From assembly GCA_973895155.1 (NCBI GenBank), contig OZ316894.1:25356709-25420708 (forward strand): a stretch of 64,000 nt of DNA. Direction: 5' to 3'. Both the position numbers and the translations under genes were made by a program. Source of the stretch: Marsupella aquatica (Eukaryota > Plantae > Marchantiophyta). Positions 48,179-62,489 of this stretch are shown here, piece by piece. Below the pieces are notes generated by a model. It was not told where the DNA came from, ran no database searches, and saw nothing but the letters and a program-made list of their open reading frames with translations. The first letter of the stretch is position 1, and every line of letters starts with the position of its first letter.

Positions 48179-49714
48179 ATGCCTCATGTCTCACAGCGCC
48201 AGAAACAATTGGCAGCAATGAGGCATTCACTTCAAGTGAATATTGCATTGGAGTCCACAGATAGTTCATCTGATGCAGACTCACTTGATATATCAGTGGG
48301 GTATGTGGAGGCAAAGGATTTTGGCACTGTGTCCACTATTTCACTGTCAGACAGTGACCTGCCTATGGATTCTAGTTCCAGGAGGACTCTCGGGATGCGC
48401 ATGAGTTTGAAGAATTTAGTAGTACTACTCCCACTTCCATGTTTGAATTGTACTTTGTCATGTACAACACCAGGTTCTTTGTTCCTAGACATGTCACCAG
48501 CAAGTCAAATGAGTTTGCTACCCAGTTCTTCCATAACTTGCCTGATACACTATTCAGGCAGCTTACCAGGATGGAGAAAACCACATTTTTTGGCTTAGTT
48601 GACAAAATAGAATCTCACCCCATATTTGAGAACCATTCTCATCATAGCCAGGCCCCCATCATCAGGCAGCTTGCAGTTTGTCTGGATAGACTAGGCCACG
48701 ATGGTAATGGGGCCTGTATTAACCACTTGATTCCAACTTGGGGAGTAAGTTGTGGTAGCCTTGTCAGTTTCAGCAAACGATGTTTTGTGGCTTTGGAGGC
48801 AATCCTGGCTCAAGAAATTGCTTGGCCAGACAGCAATGACAAAATTAACATTTCTGAAGCATTTGCAGCACATGGCTTCCCAGGATGTGTAGGGCTCATC
48901 GATGGGTCACTCATGCCACTGACTCAACGGCCAAAGGAGCACGGAGAATGTTATTATGACAGGAAGAGTCGGTACTCCATCAACACTCAGGTTGTCTGTG
49001 ACCACAGGCGGAGAATCATTTTCATGTTCTCAGGTATGCCGATTTCACTTACTTTTCATATTTTAAACCCCACATTACTATTCTTACTGCTCTTACTAGT
49101 GAGCATTTCTGGCTCACCCCTCGTTGTCTATGAATTCTTACAGGAATGCCTGGATCCTGTGGTGACCTCACCAGCATAAGGAGGTCTCCCTTGTGGAATT
49201 ATTGTAACCAGGTTGGCCGAAATTTGTTGTTCCAGGAGGGGCAGTACTTATTAGGTGACTCTGGCTACCAGGCCTGCCCCCATTTAGTATGCTCCTTCAA
49301 GAGGGCAGATATATCAACCAATAGAGAGGATTTTAACACCTGTGTAGCCAAATGCCGTGTCACCAATGAACACTGTATTGGGGTTCTTAAATCTCGTTGG
49401 CATTCACTGAAGGAGGTGAGGGTTCAACTGAATAAAAAAAAGATTTTGTTTGGATGGTTAGATGGATAGGCCTTTGTTGTAAACTGCACAATTATGTCAT
49501 AAGTAAGAATGACGAATGGACTGAAGCTGATCAAATGGAGGAATCGGAGGCACCATTGCCGGACGATTCAGACCCGACAGACAATGAACATCAGCCAAGG
49601 AGTACTAGGCGAGCAACATCACAGGCAGGGAATGCCTTGCTAGTGCAAGTCATGGACCATGCACTAGCATTTAATAGAGCCCCAGGCAGATTTTTGTCAA
49701 CGGAAACGCAGTAG
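48179..49714 (+). pseudogene. Harbinger (HARBI1/DDE_Tnp_4-like) transposase with intron 49034-49143 and frameshifts
   Basis: FPGCVGLIDGSL, YYDRKSRYSINTQVVCD, spliced SG-MPGSCGD, LLGDSGY, RVTNEHCIGVLKSRW and LHNY motifs. Frameshifts near 48370 and in the A-run at 49433-49441. Confidence 0.9.
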
Positions 49715-51658
49715 GCCAAGTACTGGTAATCTTCATCGCCTGGTGGACTCACCATATTTATTTCAGGGGCCCTCCTCTTCCTTTGGTTCTCATTTGTCTG
49801 ATCACTGTATTGGTGCGTCTCATTCACTCACACAACGTTTGTGTACACAGAAAGCGAATAATGGAGAATCAAAAGCTATGGCACGTTGGGAGGGGGGTAA
49901 CCGATGCATCCATGTGGATTGCAATCCGAGGGTTCCCCACATGGCCATTGGGCCCTCGTCTTTCCTTCCAGACTACTTTTGGTGATGTTGAAAATTTTGA
50001 CCCAAGATTTCGTGGTGTGCAAGTCTTGGAGGTCGAGAGCAAGCTCGCCCTCATACACACAGAGGCTGCGCTTTTTGGGAGGGAGGAACGATTGGAGGGA
50101 ATGCAGCCCTGTATGGCGCACCTCCCAGTCATCAGGATTGAGGATTTTGCAGAGGAGACGTCAAGCAACTTGACACAAGTTGATGGGACGGGGGAAGTGG
50201 ATAACAACGAGGTCTGCTCTAACAGAGGTGGAGACAAGTCGGAGTGCCAAAACATTTCAGTCAATGGAGACTCGAAGGAGTAATGACGCCCGACCGCTTG
50301 TTGTGTGCTTAGGGTTAGGTACCATTTTGAAGGCTCAAACTCTGCCTCGCAGTCTGTAGCTACCAGGCCCCATGTACTTCGTGCTATTTCCCACTGCGCA
50401 AGGGGCTTAGGGTATTTTAAGGCGTTGAAGTTGGCAGAGGCCGTCCTTGTAACACCCGAAGGTTATAATTTTGAACTTGTTTTGCAAGTACGTCAAGTGT
50501 GCAATTTGTGTGCAAGCCTTGCTTCGAAGTATGGTATACATACACAATATAAACGGGACAAGTGGTCCACAATGAACGGAAGCTTCAAATGCATCCAAAT
50601 ATTATTGCAAAATGTTTATAGGTTCATACAGCGTGAACATAGTGGTAGCGTTAGGACCACATGCTTGTCTACTACTATAATTATTGCTATTGCTAACTGT
50701 AGACATTGCTTGTCTACTAACTACTACTACTATTGCGCATGCTACGAGCAAGTACAAAATGCGGTCACATTGAGATTCATTGCTTCATAGAGAGGGACCC
50801 AAAGTGCTGTGTTGCTCTTAGTCGGAGTGTTGCTCTTAGTCGGAGTGCTCACCAGCTTCCTTCTCCCTTTCCTGCCCTTTCTCCCTCTCCAATCTGAGTC
50901 TCCTAGTAGCATGTTGTTGCCTTTTCAGCTTCAGTTGACGAGTCTCTTCTGTCATGGGACGTATCAATAATGTCGTCAACAATTGTTCATGTTCAGAGCT
51001 ACCTTCTTCTCGTGGTCGACGTGATTAAATGGGTATCGCTTTGCAAGGCTGCTCTTCTTTTTTTGTTGGCTCATCGTGGTCGCTCAAGCCTCCCGTGAAG
51101 CCTATGACAATGGCTAGCTCTGAACTTGGCACTGGAGGAATTTCCAACTTAGAACTCACTTTGGCCGAGCGTGTTTGAGGAGCCATTGCGCAAAGGAAGA
51201 AGCGAAAGAAGAACACAACGTCTTAATCCAAATGTTATGATTCGTATGCAAAATACACTTCGTCGGTGGATTGTGAAATGGTGGAGTTGGCTATGGCTGA
51301 GCACACTATTTTATGTCCACCTCGAAGGCCTTGGATTCCCTCCCATCCCACGCGTTTCATAGGGCCATGGTGGGAATGTCACATGTAATTCAACCTCGCA
51401 CTGTCGATGCCCCCTACGGCACCTGAGATTTACCCTGTCAAGACTCGTGAAGCACTTGACAGGTACTGCTCGTATGTGTGTCGAAAACAAAGCTTTGGTA
51501 CCATTATTTACGATCTGTGTTGTGAATTTATTATATGTGTGAAGTAGGAATACAATGTCGAGAAGTGGGAAATGTGCCACAACATTTGTAAATAACTCCA
51601 TGTCAGAAATGGAATAAAATGTCATACTCCAACACAATTGACCATAATTGCAGAACTA

Positions 51659-53016
51659 TTATGGGCCAACCGAGTCGGGGAGCAACGTAGCCCCTTCATC
51701 GATAATGGCCTTGAATTCCCTAAACTGCTCTGCGGTCCGATTTTGCCTTAGAAGCTCAGTCAACAAGACTGTGGCTTGTTGCGCCTTGATAATAGCAAGC
51801 TGGTGAGTCAAATCAACTCTGGCTCGTTTCTCCTCTTGTTTGCATTGAGCCCGTTCTCTTCTTGCCACTTCTGCAGATTGGGCATCAAGCAATTCCTTTT
51901 CTCTAGCGGCATCTGCTTCTCTGGCCTCCTTCCGATCTGCAATTTCTTGGGCGCGCCATCTGTCCTTGGCATCAATCATTTGAATCCTAAAGGCATTCTT
52001 TTCTGCCAATTTCTCAGCATACACCTCAGCAAGATTGGGCCTTGAGGAGGTTTGTGTGGTTGATGGCCTCTTCCCCTGTCTGGGTCGTTGGGCACCTCGT
52101 TCCTGAGTCACAGTAGGACTTGCATGAGTGGAGTTCATAGGAGTTGCATGAGCAGAGTTAGTGCCTCTGCTTTGTCCTTGTGACCTTGTGGGTGTTGGAG
52201 TGGACATTGGTTCCTCCACAGTATGCTGACTTGATGCAGGGGGTTATTGGTGGTCACCTGGTGTGGGAAGGACTGGTTCTTGAGGTACGCTGTTGAAGCC
52301 CGCAGCAGCATCAGAGGCATCGACGTCATCATCCGATAGAGTTTGAGCAAAATCATAATTTTCATCACCTGCAACATACAATTGAAAGGCCTAAATAACT
52401 TGCGCTCCCACATTGTAGAAGATGTAAATTTGCAGAATTGAAGAATTGAAGAATTCAGGATTTGAGGGACTTAAAGTTTGAACTTACGCAGATCGTTATA
52501 ATCCAGGGGATCTTGAGTTGGCACTTCGGATTGAGGCACCTCGTCATCATCAGATCCTTCGTCAACATACAATTCACGATGACCTGGCAGACCAGCAGCG
52601 ATTGTGCTCGGAGGTGAAACATTCGCCCTCTCCCCATAAATGGCATGCATCTGCTCAAAATGAGGGCAAATCTTCTCATACTTATCGGCCAGAGTAAGAC
52701 CCTGCCTCAACTCCGCATCTGTCAATCTAGCACCAGAGTCTCGCTTTATCGCCAGTGCCTCCTTGTATTTTTTGATGAAACGCTGAAACCGTTTGCCAAG
52801 GTTATCGCCTGTTGTCACAAATTTGGGGAACCCAACGTCATGAAGGTCGATGAGCATTTTTTTGAACACCGTCTTCTTCGGAGGATGTTTACCGGTGACA
52901 AACGGCCGACTACTCGTCCCATTCAGTATGGCAAAGTTCTCAGGTACTTCCAACCAATCAACAATGTGTGCGAGATGTTGTGGCAATAGCTTCAGATTAT
53001 CGCCGCCTGTGGCCAT
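51659..53016 (-). CDS. Harbinger Myb/SANT-like DNA-binding partner protein (2 exons, intron ~52369-52487; exon 2 may be frameshifted)
   Basis: IVDWLEVPENF...KYKEAL...KICPHFEQMHAIYGERAN followed by an acidic linker and a charged coiled-coil C-terminus, as expected for Harbinger ORF2. Confidence 0.7.
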
Positions 53017-54942
53017 TGTTGGAACTGGCAATTGTATGTTGACTCCGACTTCAGGAAGCTGAGAGTCCAGAATCACAACTTCACCAGGTGAATAGCGGGG
53101 TCGATCTGGATGCTGAAGAACTTGATTGTTCAGCGGTCGCCTGTAAATGCCATCTTCGCGAATGTAGATCCGAACCAATTCAGATTCCGCGCATTGAGCG
53201 AGGGAACTCCAATTTTCAAAGTTGCAACAATCGGCGAATGCATTCATGGAACTTCAAAACATTTGCGGCGCTTTCAAAAAATTCAGCGAGGGAACTTGTC
53301 CAAAAATGTTGTCGTTCATTTGTTTGAGTTAACCATGGTTAACTCGAAACCCATGGCCATTTGCACCCGCGACGCGTCTCATATTTGACTACCCCGGGAA
53401 ATCTTTGCCCGCATAAACCCTGTCGCGGTGCGCCTGACAGCGTCTCGGGCCGCCCGTGTTTTCAACAATTTTTTCATATGTGAGACGCCCCAGTATAGTC
53501 ACTGTCTAGAGGCTTCAGGATTTGGGATTCAGGATTTAGATTCACTATCTAGAGGCTTCACTCTAGACATAAGGCCCAGTGAATAACTTCCTATGCTCTT
53601 TATGAGTTAGATGACCCACCAAAATGATGCGCTTTATGAGTTAGATGACCACCAAAATGATTGCATTAACATGGGTGTCTTAGTTTTTTGGGCTTCAGGT
53701 TTAGAGTCACTATCTAGACTTCTAGAGGCTTCACTCTAGACATAAGACCCAGCGAACTTCCGATGCGCTTTATTAGTTAGGTGCCCACCGACATGATTGC
53801 AGTAACATAGGTGTCTTAGTTTTGGACAGCGGAAGGGAGTAACATAGGTGTCTTAGTTTTGGACAGCGGAAGGGACGGGGAGCAATTCGCCATTCGAGTG
53901 AAAGAGCGGGAGAAAAGATAGATACACACAAACAGACAGCGGAGAAGAAGAGAATCAAGTCTGGCAGCAGAAAGTCTGGAAGGGGAGCAGAGAAGAGGAG
54001 GATCAAATCTGGCAGCGGAAAGTTGGGAAGAGAGGTCGCTGCGGGAGATCAAACATCAGAGAGCCACAGTGGCATTACAGAGTGATCGATGAGGTCGGAG
54101 AGAAGCTCAAATTCGTAGCGATCGAGGAGGTGAAGCACCCGAGGAGCACCAAAATGAGGATTAGGAGAATCTACGTAGAGAGTCCACGTCCTGCAGGCGG
54201 AGAAGGTGGACGGAATTGAGGCGAACGAGTAATTAGGAAAGAGACGAAGAGAGACGAATCGGCGAATGAATTGAGTGTGAGGGTTTGGGACTGTGGGAAA
54301 ACAGAGATCGAGAAGGAAGCGAAAGTGTACCGTGAGCAAGAGAGAGACGGAGGTGCAGGCGTACAAAGTAGGCTTCAGGTAGAGTGGAGCAGAAGCGGCA
54401 GGAGGAGGGAGGGGAGCGATTTGAGGGATCAGTACCGGAGGTGCCGATTGCTTTGCTGAATAGTATGGGACTATATAAATCGAGGAAGTAAGGCCGATCT
54501 TATCGTCGGAGGTTCTTGCGGTAATGTTGAATGGTGGTAGGGTTTAGGGCCAGCCCAGGAACTGACTTACACAAGATTTTTGTTGCGGAATCCCTCGCTG
54601 TTCGTATCATACTACTGTCGTTACAGTACGTTGCTGTTCTTTGTACTCTGCTCGTTTCCCCTATCTATCCTCGTGATACCGGCACTGTCGCTAGAAAGGA
54701 GAAGGTGCTCCAGTCAATTGCACTAGTGTGATGTGAAAATTATTTATCTCTCGATGGAATCTTGGGTATCTCATTGTTGTTGAAATCATGGTACGGAGAG
54801 AGGTTGTCGACGATTAGGTCCCGTCGCCTTTATATGGGGTATTTCGACTTACGGAGAAAGTTTAGAGGGAGTTTCACCTCGGAGGACGATTGTAGGGAGT
54901 TCACTTGGGGGGCCAGCCACTGAATGGTCTGGAGGAAAAGCG

Positions 54943-57900
54943 ATGGCCACTGACAATAGAAGCGGAGGTAGCGTCGGGAGCCATAAGGCAGTGCCTGATT
55001 GGCTCAATAGTTCTGCTTGGTCGCGCACCCCTAGCAGCGGAGCGACTAAGAAGGTGAATACCTATGGACTTTCCGAGAACGGAATTAAGGAACAAGGAAA
55101 ACCCAAAGCTCAGCTGCAAAACAATGTGCCGGACGCAGGAGGTAAAGGGGATGTGACAACAGTCATCGAGGATCCCCTGAGCAAGCAGCATATGCACTCG
55201 TCGCAAGCCAGCAGCACTGGACCAGTACAAAGGTGGCCTTCTCTAGATTCTGCAGTGTTCGGAAGGTCTGATACTTCATCAAATGCGCATTCCTCTACAT
55301 CTTCGGAATCTTCTCAGCCTTCGACGAAAGGGTCCACCTCGCTGACTTCACGGATTGAGCTCTTTACTATTGAGGTATCCCCCACCTTTCAAAATTTAAA
55401 TTCAAGCTCTACTGGCCGGGTTACTCTGAACCCTAGGGCGCCGAGGCCAGGAATTGATTTTTTAGACCCTTCAAATTTTACCAAGTTATAGAACAATTGC
55501 GTTTGATTGTCGAATCGGTCCTTTCGGAAGCATGGGCCAGAGTGAAGCTTGCACAACTGTTCTTGCATAGCTTTGATATTTTCCCAAGCTGCTGCTCATC
55601 TCAATAGAAAACGGTCGCTGCTTATTAATCGCTACTGATAGATCGCTAGATCCAATTGGCACTGGTAGAAATGACCTACGGAGCGGAAAATAATACAGTA
55701 GGATATGGATGATAAGAGAGTTTACGCTACTTTGAAGCTCATGAGTGTTTGTTTTGCTGCCTGTTTCAGTTAACAAGAAAACGAATACGTATAGCTGAAT
55801 TACAGCGATTGTCTGCCCAAGGGATTCCGGACATTGGAGGCCTTCGATCTATGTCTTGGAAGGTGAAAGCACCTGTTTCATTGAGCCTCCTACTGTTTAT
55901 TCTAGTGATCTCTTATTTGTTCTCGTTGGTGTGGGTAGCGGCTCAATTTGTGATCAGAAGGCCAGGGTCACTTGCCCGGTTTTTTGGGCATTGGATTTAC
56001 CCCATTTAATCTTCCCCTCACTATTCTGATTGTGCTTAATACTGAATCTGTACTTGAAAGGACAGCTCTCAACTATGTTTTCGTGTACAGCTTCTTCTTG
56101 GCTACTTGCCCAGGAATCGAGAGGAGTGGTCTGCTGAATTAGCAAACAAACGTGGAGAGTATGCTGCTTTCAGGGAGGAGCTGCTCGTGACCCCTGTAAG
56201 TAAACTGCTTTTACCTCGACGAACGGTCAGCAGTATTGTATGCTAATTGGACTTGAGAAGATTCTTATGGATATTGTAGGCTGTGCCGAGAGGATCTGAA
56301 CTTGAAATGGTATAATTATTACTCCGAGCAGGGATTGCGTTTTTCTCACTTCGGCCGTCTGAAAGGTCTCTTTTTCTGGTTACAGTCTGAGCTCACGAGG
56401 AGGAAGGAGGCGTACGAAAATCATCTGGCCTCTAATGACGATGATGGCAGGGGCTTTTTGCAAAGACAAGACATCACACATGATGATCATCCCTTGAGCC
56501 TTGGGTCTACCAGTGTTTGGCATCAGTATTTCCAGGTTTGAGACAATGAACAATGGCATCTCTGGTGTTCCGATACAAATGGATTATAATCTCTTTGTGG
56601 AGAGTAATGAAACCGTGGATAGTGAATGCAGCGATCATCTTTTGCAAGGCATTCTATTGCTTGAGAATCGGGGCTTTGCTCCGCTGAAAGGGAACGAGGT
56701 TTTGGTAAAGTACAAGAAAAACAGTTTCCTACCCGCTGAGATAAATCTTACCTTCATACATCTAAGCCAATCTTCTTATTGCCAGGACTCGGAACTCTCT
56801 GAGCAAATTGATCGGGATGTTAAGCGCACGCATCCAGACATCCAATTCTTTTGCGGTGACTCAAATTACGCTCTTGAAAACCAGGTAATGGTTTCCCACT
56901 CGAGATTAAGTCCTAGCCAAGTTTGATTAATGTGCATTCCTTTTCCTGCAACTGCCTGCCGGAATTTACGCCTGAGATTCCATCCCGCATTTTTTCTTTG
57001 CTATTATTGGCAGTCAGGTTGGCGGTTTGAATATGAGCAGACTTGGAAGATGATGGCAATGCAAGTTCAAAAGCAACCCAAATATGGTCCGTTTTTTTTA
57101 GCCAAGGAACCCGACTGACCACACTTGCTAAAATGTTGTGCTACTTGCTTGACTGTGCAGGAAGCCTTAAAGCGGGCCCTATTTATTTTCGCAAAATTGA
57201 ATCCTGGAATACGATATGTTCAAGGCATGAATGAAGTGCTTGCTCCTTTGTATTGGGTTTTCAAAACAGATCCTGACGAAGAATATTCTGTGAGTTGCAC
57301 ATCCGATCCACGGTCTAAAGTGTAATTTATGGAGAGATCTAGGAAGGAAGTCCTGGATTGAATGTTACTTTTGACAGTCCCCTTTCTGTGTAACGTATTG
57401 AACACGTATTGAAAAGCGGCAAAGGGAGGATTCCAAACGGCTTTCGTGCTATGATATTTCTCTCAGCCGCAGTGGACATGTTATGTTAAGATAGCAGGAG
57501 CACGGATAAATCTCATGGAAGAAGGGATTTAATCTCTTACAGACCTTTATGGGATGGTCACCTGGTTGAAACAGTCAGTCGTCAAACTCGTTTCTGATAA
57601 GCACCCTTGATATGTATGACCAGACTCATGCAGAGGCTGATTCCTTCTTCTGCTTTGTGGAGCTACTGAGCGATTTCCGAGATAACTTCTGTCAACAATT
57701 AGACAACAGCGCAGTGGGAGTTCGTGCAACCCTTAGTCATCTGAATTCGCTTTTGAGGCGGTCCGATGAGGAGCTGTGGCGGCATATGGAATTGACAGCG
57801 AAGGTTAGTCGTTGATTAGTCACCCTTTCTGTGCTCTCCTGGAATTTTCATAGAACTGTAGAGAATGACCGTTTTGTAGTCAGGGGGAAGCAATAATCAC

Positions 57901-58437
57901 AAAATGTTGCTCGCAGCGTTTCTATTTCCGACAGCTCCTGTCATCAATTTGGGTCATAAACTCGTGTATTGCTGTTCCCTTACCAGTGGTAAAATTTCAC
58001 TTGGTCCCAGGTCAATCCTCAGTTCTATGCATTTAGGTGGATCACGCTTTTGTTGACTCAGGAGTTCGATTTTCCGGACTGTCTCCGGTTGTGGGACACT
58101 CTCTTGAGCAATCCTAACGGTCCACTGGTAAGTCGAATAATTCTGATCCTATTTGAGTGTCTTAGCGCTTAGAGTACCTATTTAGAGTTAAGTGCCAAGC
58201 TTCCCCTTCTGTCGATTATTTGGATTCCGAGATGTCTCGATTGCTGTTGTAACCTAACAGCTGCTTTCTTTGTATTTTGCTTACCAGGAGATTTTGTTGC
58301 GAGTGTGCGTATCTATGCTGCTATGTGTAAGAAGTAGGTTGTTGGCTGGTGACTTCACTACCAACCTGAAGTTGTTGCAAAACTACCCTACGGTCAGTAT
58401 TGACCATCTATTGACCGTTGCGGAAGAGTTGAGATAG
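54943..58437 (+). CDS. TBC-domain Rab GTPase-activating protein (TBC1D13-like), 9 exons
   Basis: GIPDIGGLRSMSWK-LLLGYL, DHPLS, IDRDVKRTHPD (Arg finger), YVQGMNEVLAP (Gln finger), EADSFFCF, FYAFRWITLLLTQEF, RLWD and LKLLQNYP, spread over GT-AG exons; stop TAG at 58435-58437. Confidence 0.93.
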
Positions 58438-61077
58438 TAAAAGCGTACAGATTGCATGTTTAGTCATGATTGAACCAAAAGCCCCACAGTTTTCATAGAA
58501 TTTTGTTCCCCGTAAGTAAAATAATGCAATGTGATTTAACTCTTGAGTCAGTCAGCCTGTATCTATGGAATTCTTTCCCTGAACCATATCGCAGGGCAAG
58601 AGCCCTGAAGGAGATACCGGGCTACCCATTGTACATTTGTATATTTCAAGTTTCGGCATAATTTACGGCCACACAGCAAACAAGAGATGATTCAGCAGAT
58701 AGGAGAAGTGTGATCGTGGACTAGTGCCAATTGAAGTTGAGTTTCATAGCCTGAATATCCACTTTATAAACAAAGGGGGCAAGGTGTGTAATGCGTCTGG
58801 TGCAGAGATCTTACCTATAAGACGCTGTTTATACAACCCTTGGATTATGAAACGCTAGAATTGGAAGAGTCACACGTGATAATGATATCCGCAAAACAAA
58901 ATTCGGTCCACGTCTCATCTGGAGCCAAAATAAACCAGGGCGTCAGGCTGTAGAATTTCATGACTTTGGATTCTTGCACATTGCGAAATTGAAAAGTGTG
59001 TCCAGGATTTAATGGGAGGTAAAATCATGAATCACAGTATAATTCAGTTTCTAGACATCTTCGTGAAATGATCTTTTATATAGCTACAGGCATGACAAAT
59101 GGCTTAAATTGACATTAGCCATGACAAAACCTGGATCCACCAGGGTTTACCAAGGCATGACAAATGGCTTAAATTGACACTAGCCATGACGAAACCTGGA
59201 TCCACCAGGGTTTACCAATGGTAGTATCATTTGCCTGAAATTGGGGAGCAAAGTGCCACTCTAGAGGAGAAAAAAGGGACAAGTCTGGGACACTTCCCCT
59301 TACATATGGCCATTGGGGTTTCACAGGCCTCACACTGAAGAGGTTTGCATTTGTTATGAGTTTTGTATTAAAAACTTTGAATTGGAAATTCATTTTTATA
59401 ATTATAAAAAGGAACATGAATCATGACCATGAAAAGAGATACCATGCAGAGGAGAGTATTAGAGCTTGGCAAGGAAGAGCCACTAAATCCACCTCCACTT
59501 TGCCTCATTATCTATCTCTGCCACTGGTCTCAAGATGAAGGGCATTTCCCTATGGAGGTTGGTATTGTATTTTAGATTTAGGCATAGAAGGGAAGTGGGA
59601 CAATAACCCTACAATGTCTTTGGGTGGCAAGGGGAATCTGGACGAGGGTTTAACTGTCTCTACAACTTTGGTGTCCATAATGTTTGTTCTTGGCACTGAT
59701 ATTAGGGATAATCACCAAGATGCTACAAGTACCCCCAAAGTTCAACAGCCAACAGTGCTCGCTCTCAGGCCCTATTTATCATTGGTTAAAGAATAAATTT
59801 AACATACATTTTTAGTGGTATAACATTGTTAATCAAAGTCTGCAGTGCTTATTTAAGCTAAATGTGTTGTGGATTTACCCAGGCCAAGACCAAAGACATT
59901 GGTTCTAGTCAACTATTAGCATGGGTGAACCTTGTAAACTAAGAGGTATTGCTCGAGTCTTGTGCTCTAAAGAGGAACTTCAATGGAAGTCAAGGCCAAA
60001 AGTTGAGCCCAGACAAGATTGAGGATCAGTCCATATATTCTATGAAACACTGCAAGAATGAAATTAGCCTCTCTCAACCTGTGAGCAATAACTGAAAGAG
60101 CTAAGACCTTCAAAAGGGGTGAGACACCAAAACAGGGGAAGACAAAATTCATGGTCATTTCAGAACTTGGTATGAGCAGTCACCCAAATTAAAGAGAAAA
60201 CTGAAGTAAAAACTCTACTCTACCCAAACCAAAATACCTGGTCTGGATCCAAAGTAAATTTCATGCGCAGATCATTGCAGAATGTGCCCTGTAGATGCCA
60301 AAAGCAGATGAGGAAGGTCAAAATGAGTCTGGAAAGATTCCACACAAAAAAACCAGAGCAAGCTATAATAGAAACACCATCAAGTTATAGGGATCCAATA
60401 ATAGAAACACCATCAAGTTATAAGCTTGGATGCAATCTTCATGCAACCTTTTGAGCTTAGATGAGATCCCAAAATGCCTCTTGTACGGAAGTCAAATTTC
60501 TTTCTTTGAAATTCATGTCTTAATTAAACATGCAAGTTTCCATAGATTTTTATGCAATTTTAGGAATCCTACCCCAATAAACATTTGCCATGTCAATCCA
60601 GGCATCATTTCAAATATTTGTATTTATGTGAGTAAATTTAAATGTTAGTTTATGTCTATGAGGGCTTGACATGTCATGAGTAAAAATAAGTATTTAATTT
60701 GGGTGTGTCAGGTGAGTAAATTTAGGTATTTCATTTGTGTCTATTGGGGGTTAGAATGTCAGGTGAGGCTATCATCTAAATAATGAAACACAATCAAAAG
60801 TTACTTCCAGGGCCTACTGTCTAGAGTGAAGCATCTAGACCGTGATACTAATTGATGGCATAAGGGAATTGAAGGATTGGACAAAGATGAACAAAAATAA
60901 CATGGAATACTTTTGTCTGCAAGGTTCTTTTTTCTTCTTCTCATCACCTTTATTTATGTTCAAGGAAGGAACAAGGAACCTCAATAATCAGGCTACTTTG
61001 TGTTTATCGGGCTCCATCTGTCAAGTGAGTAAATTTAAGTATTTCATTTGTGTTTGCACTATTCCATTTGTGTATAT

Positions 61078-61422
61078 TGTTGAGCATAGACGACAATCAC
61101 AACAACAAGCCCATTAACCATCCAACGTACAAGAGTCGACACAAAGACATATGTGGTTCACCTCCACATGGGGCTACGTCCACGGGAACACACAAGAACT
61201 TTACTGCACTCTAGGCCGTCTGACCATACCAAACATCCACAGCACAAGCTCTCCCTATCCCTCAACTAGTTCCGTAACAATGAGCCTTAGTCCCCCCAGG
61301 GTCTGGCACCAGCCCTGGCTATATACACAACAACATTACCGCTAACCTTAACTAAATCCTAACCCGAGTTAGCTTAACTATGATTAGCTCATGAATCACA
61401 AGACTAAGAGCAATACCTAACA
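61078..61422. mobile_element. Solo LTR (345 bp)
   Basis: TGTTGAG...CCTAACA ends with TATAT TSD (61073-61077 and 61423-61427); homologous to 40144-40488. Confidence 0.88.
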
Positions 61423-62489
61423 TATATGGGAGCTTCACACTTCGGGTAGGGCATTATGTGAAATATTTGTGTCTATCCTAGCTTTACACTTCCATAGCAA
61501 TATGTGGATGACAATTTTTAAACAGCCACTAGCCATGTAGGAGGGGGAAGTGTTCAAGACTTCTCATTTTTTTACATTATTTTTTTCTATGGTGCCATTT
61601 TGTTTCACAACTTCAGAAAAAAAATCATATTTATGGCAAAACATAGTTTAAACCACCACTATCCATATAAAAGGAGAAGTGTTCAAGAATTCTTACTTCT
61701 TCACATGTCTTTCCTCTAAGGTTCTCTAAGGTGAGACTTTGCTGTAAAATAGTACTAACAATGGTGAAACTTGGTGGATCAAATTTTTGTCATGGAGGAG
61801 CTTTAATTAAGAAGCTTTGGAGGGTCAGGCGCTACTAAACCCTAAACGGGGTTCGGCCCTATTTCTGGATTCCTTCTCGTTGTAGTGTTGATGCAGGAGC
61901 GTCACCTCTCTCTTTGAGCTCTACCCTTCTCTCACTGGGAGCGATGGTGTGATTCGTCTATTCGTTTGCTACTACACTAGTTGGTTGCAGCATTTGTCCT
62001 AGCTCGGCGCAGCAGTCTGAGCTCCATTAATTAACACACTGTCGTTCGCACCGAGGTCGAAGCAGTTTCTCAAGCTCTCGCAAAGAAATCTTAGCTCGAT
62101 CTGTTGACGCTCTGTCTTGGTTTCGTTCGCTACTACATTAGGTTCAAGCATTTGGCTGAAACTGAGCAGAGAAATCTTTGCTTTAGAAGCACTGTGTCTG
62201 TGCACGGGCTTTTCGAGCCTTCGTGATCTTGGAATTCAGTGATCTTTGAATTTGACTTACTGAATTTCTGCAATGATGGCTCCTGCAGTTCCCCTATATC
62301 GAGCGATTCTGCCTGTGGACAGACGGCCAGAGTACACTTTTGTCAGGGAGAGCCCTCACTTGGCTCGGTAGACAAATTGAGAAGTGCGGAGATAAACAAT
62401 AAGCAGTCAGTACGGCAAGCTTGGTTCATGCACTAAATTATTGACGGTCCCGAAGAAGTGTAGCAGAGGGTGCTGTGGAGCTTTTAATC

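Larger units (their letters stand above)
46831..53491 (+). mobile_element. PIF/Harbinger DNA transposon (~6.7 kb)
   Basis: TIRs AGGGCGTCTCATATAT / ATATGTGAGACGCCCC, 3-bp TSD AGT (46828-46830 and 53492-53494), and a convergent nuclease plus Myb/SANT-like gene pair. Confidence 0.88.

Noticed and set aside
59089-59218. 65-bp tandem duplication (and similar small duplications near 4230-4380, 53500-53870 and 60367-60422)
   Set aside because: Ordinary local duplications with no further structure.
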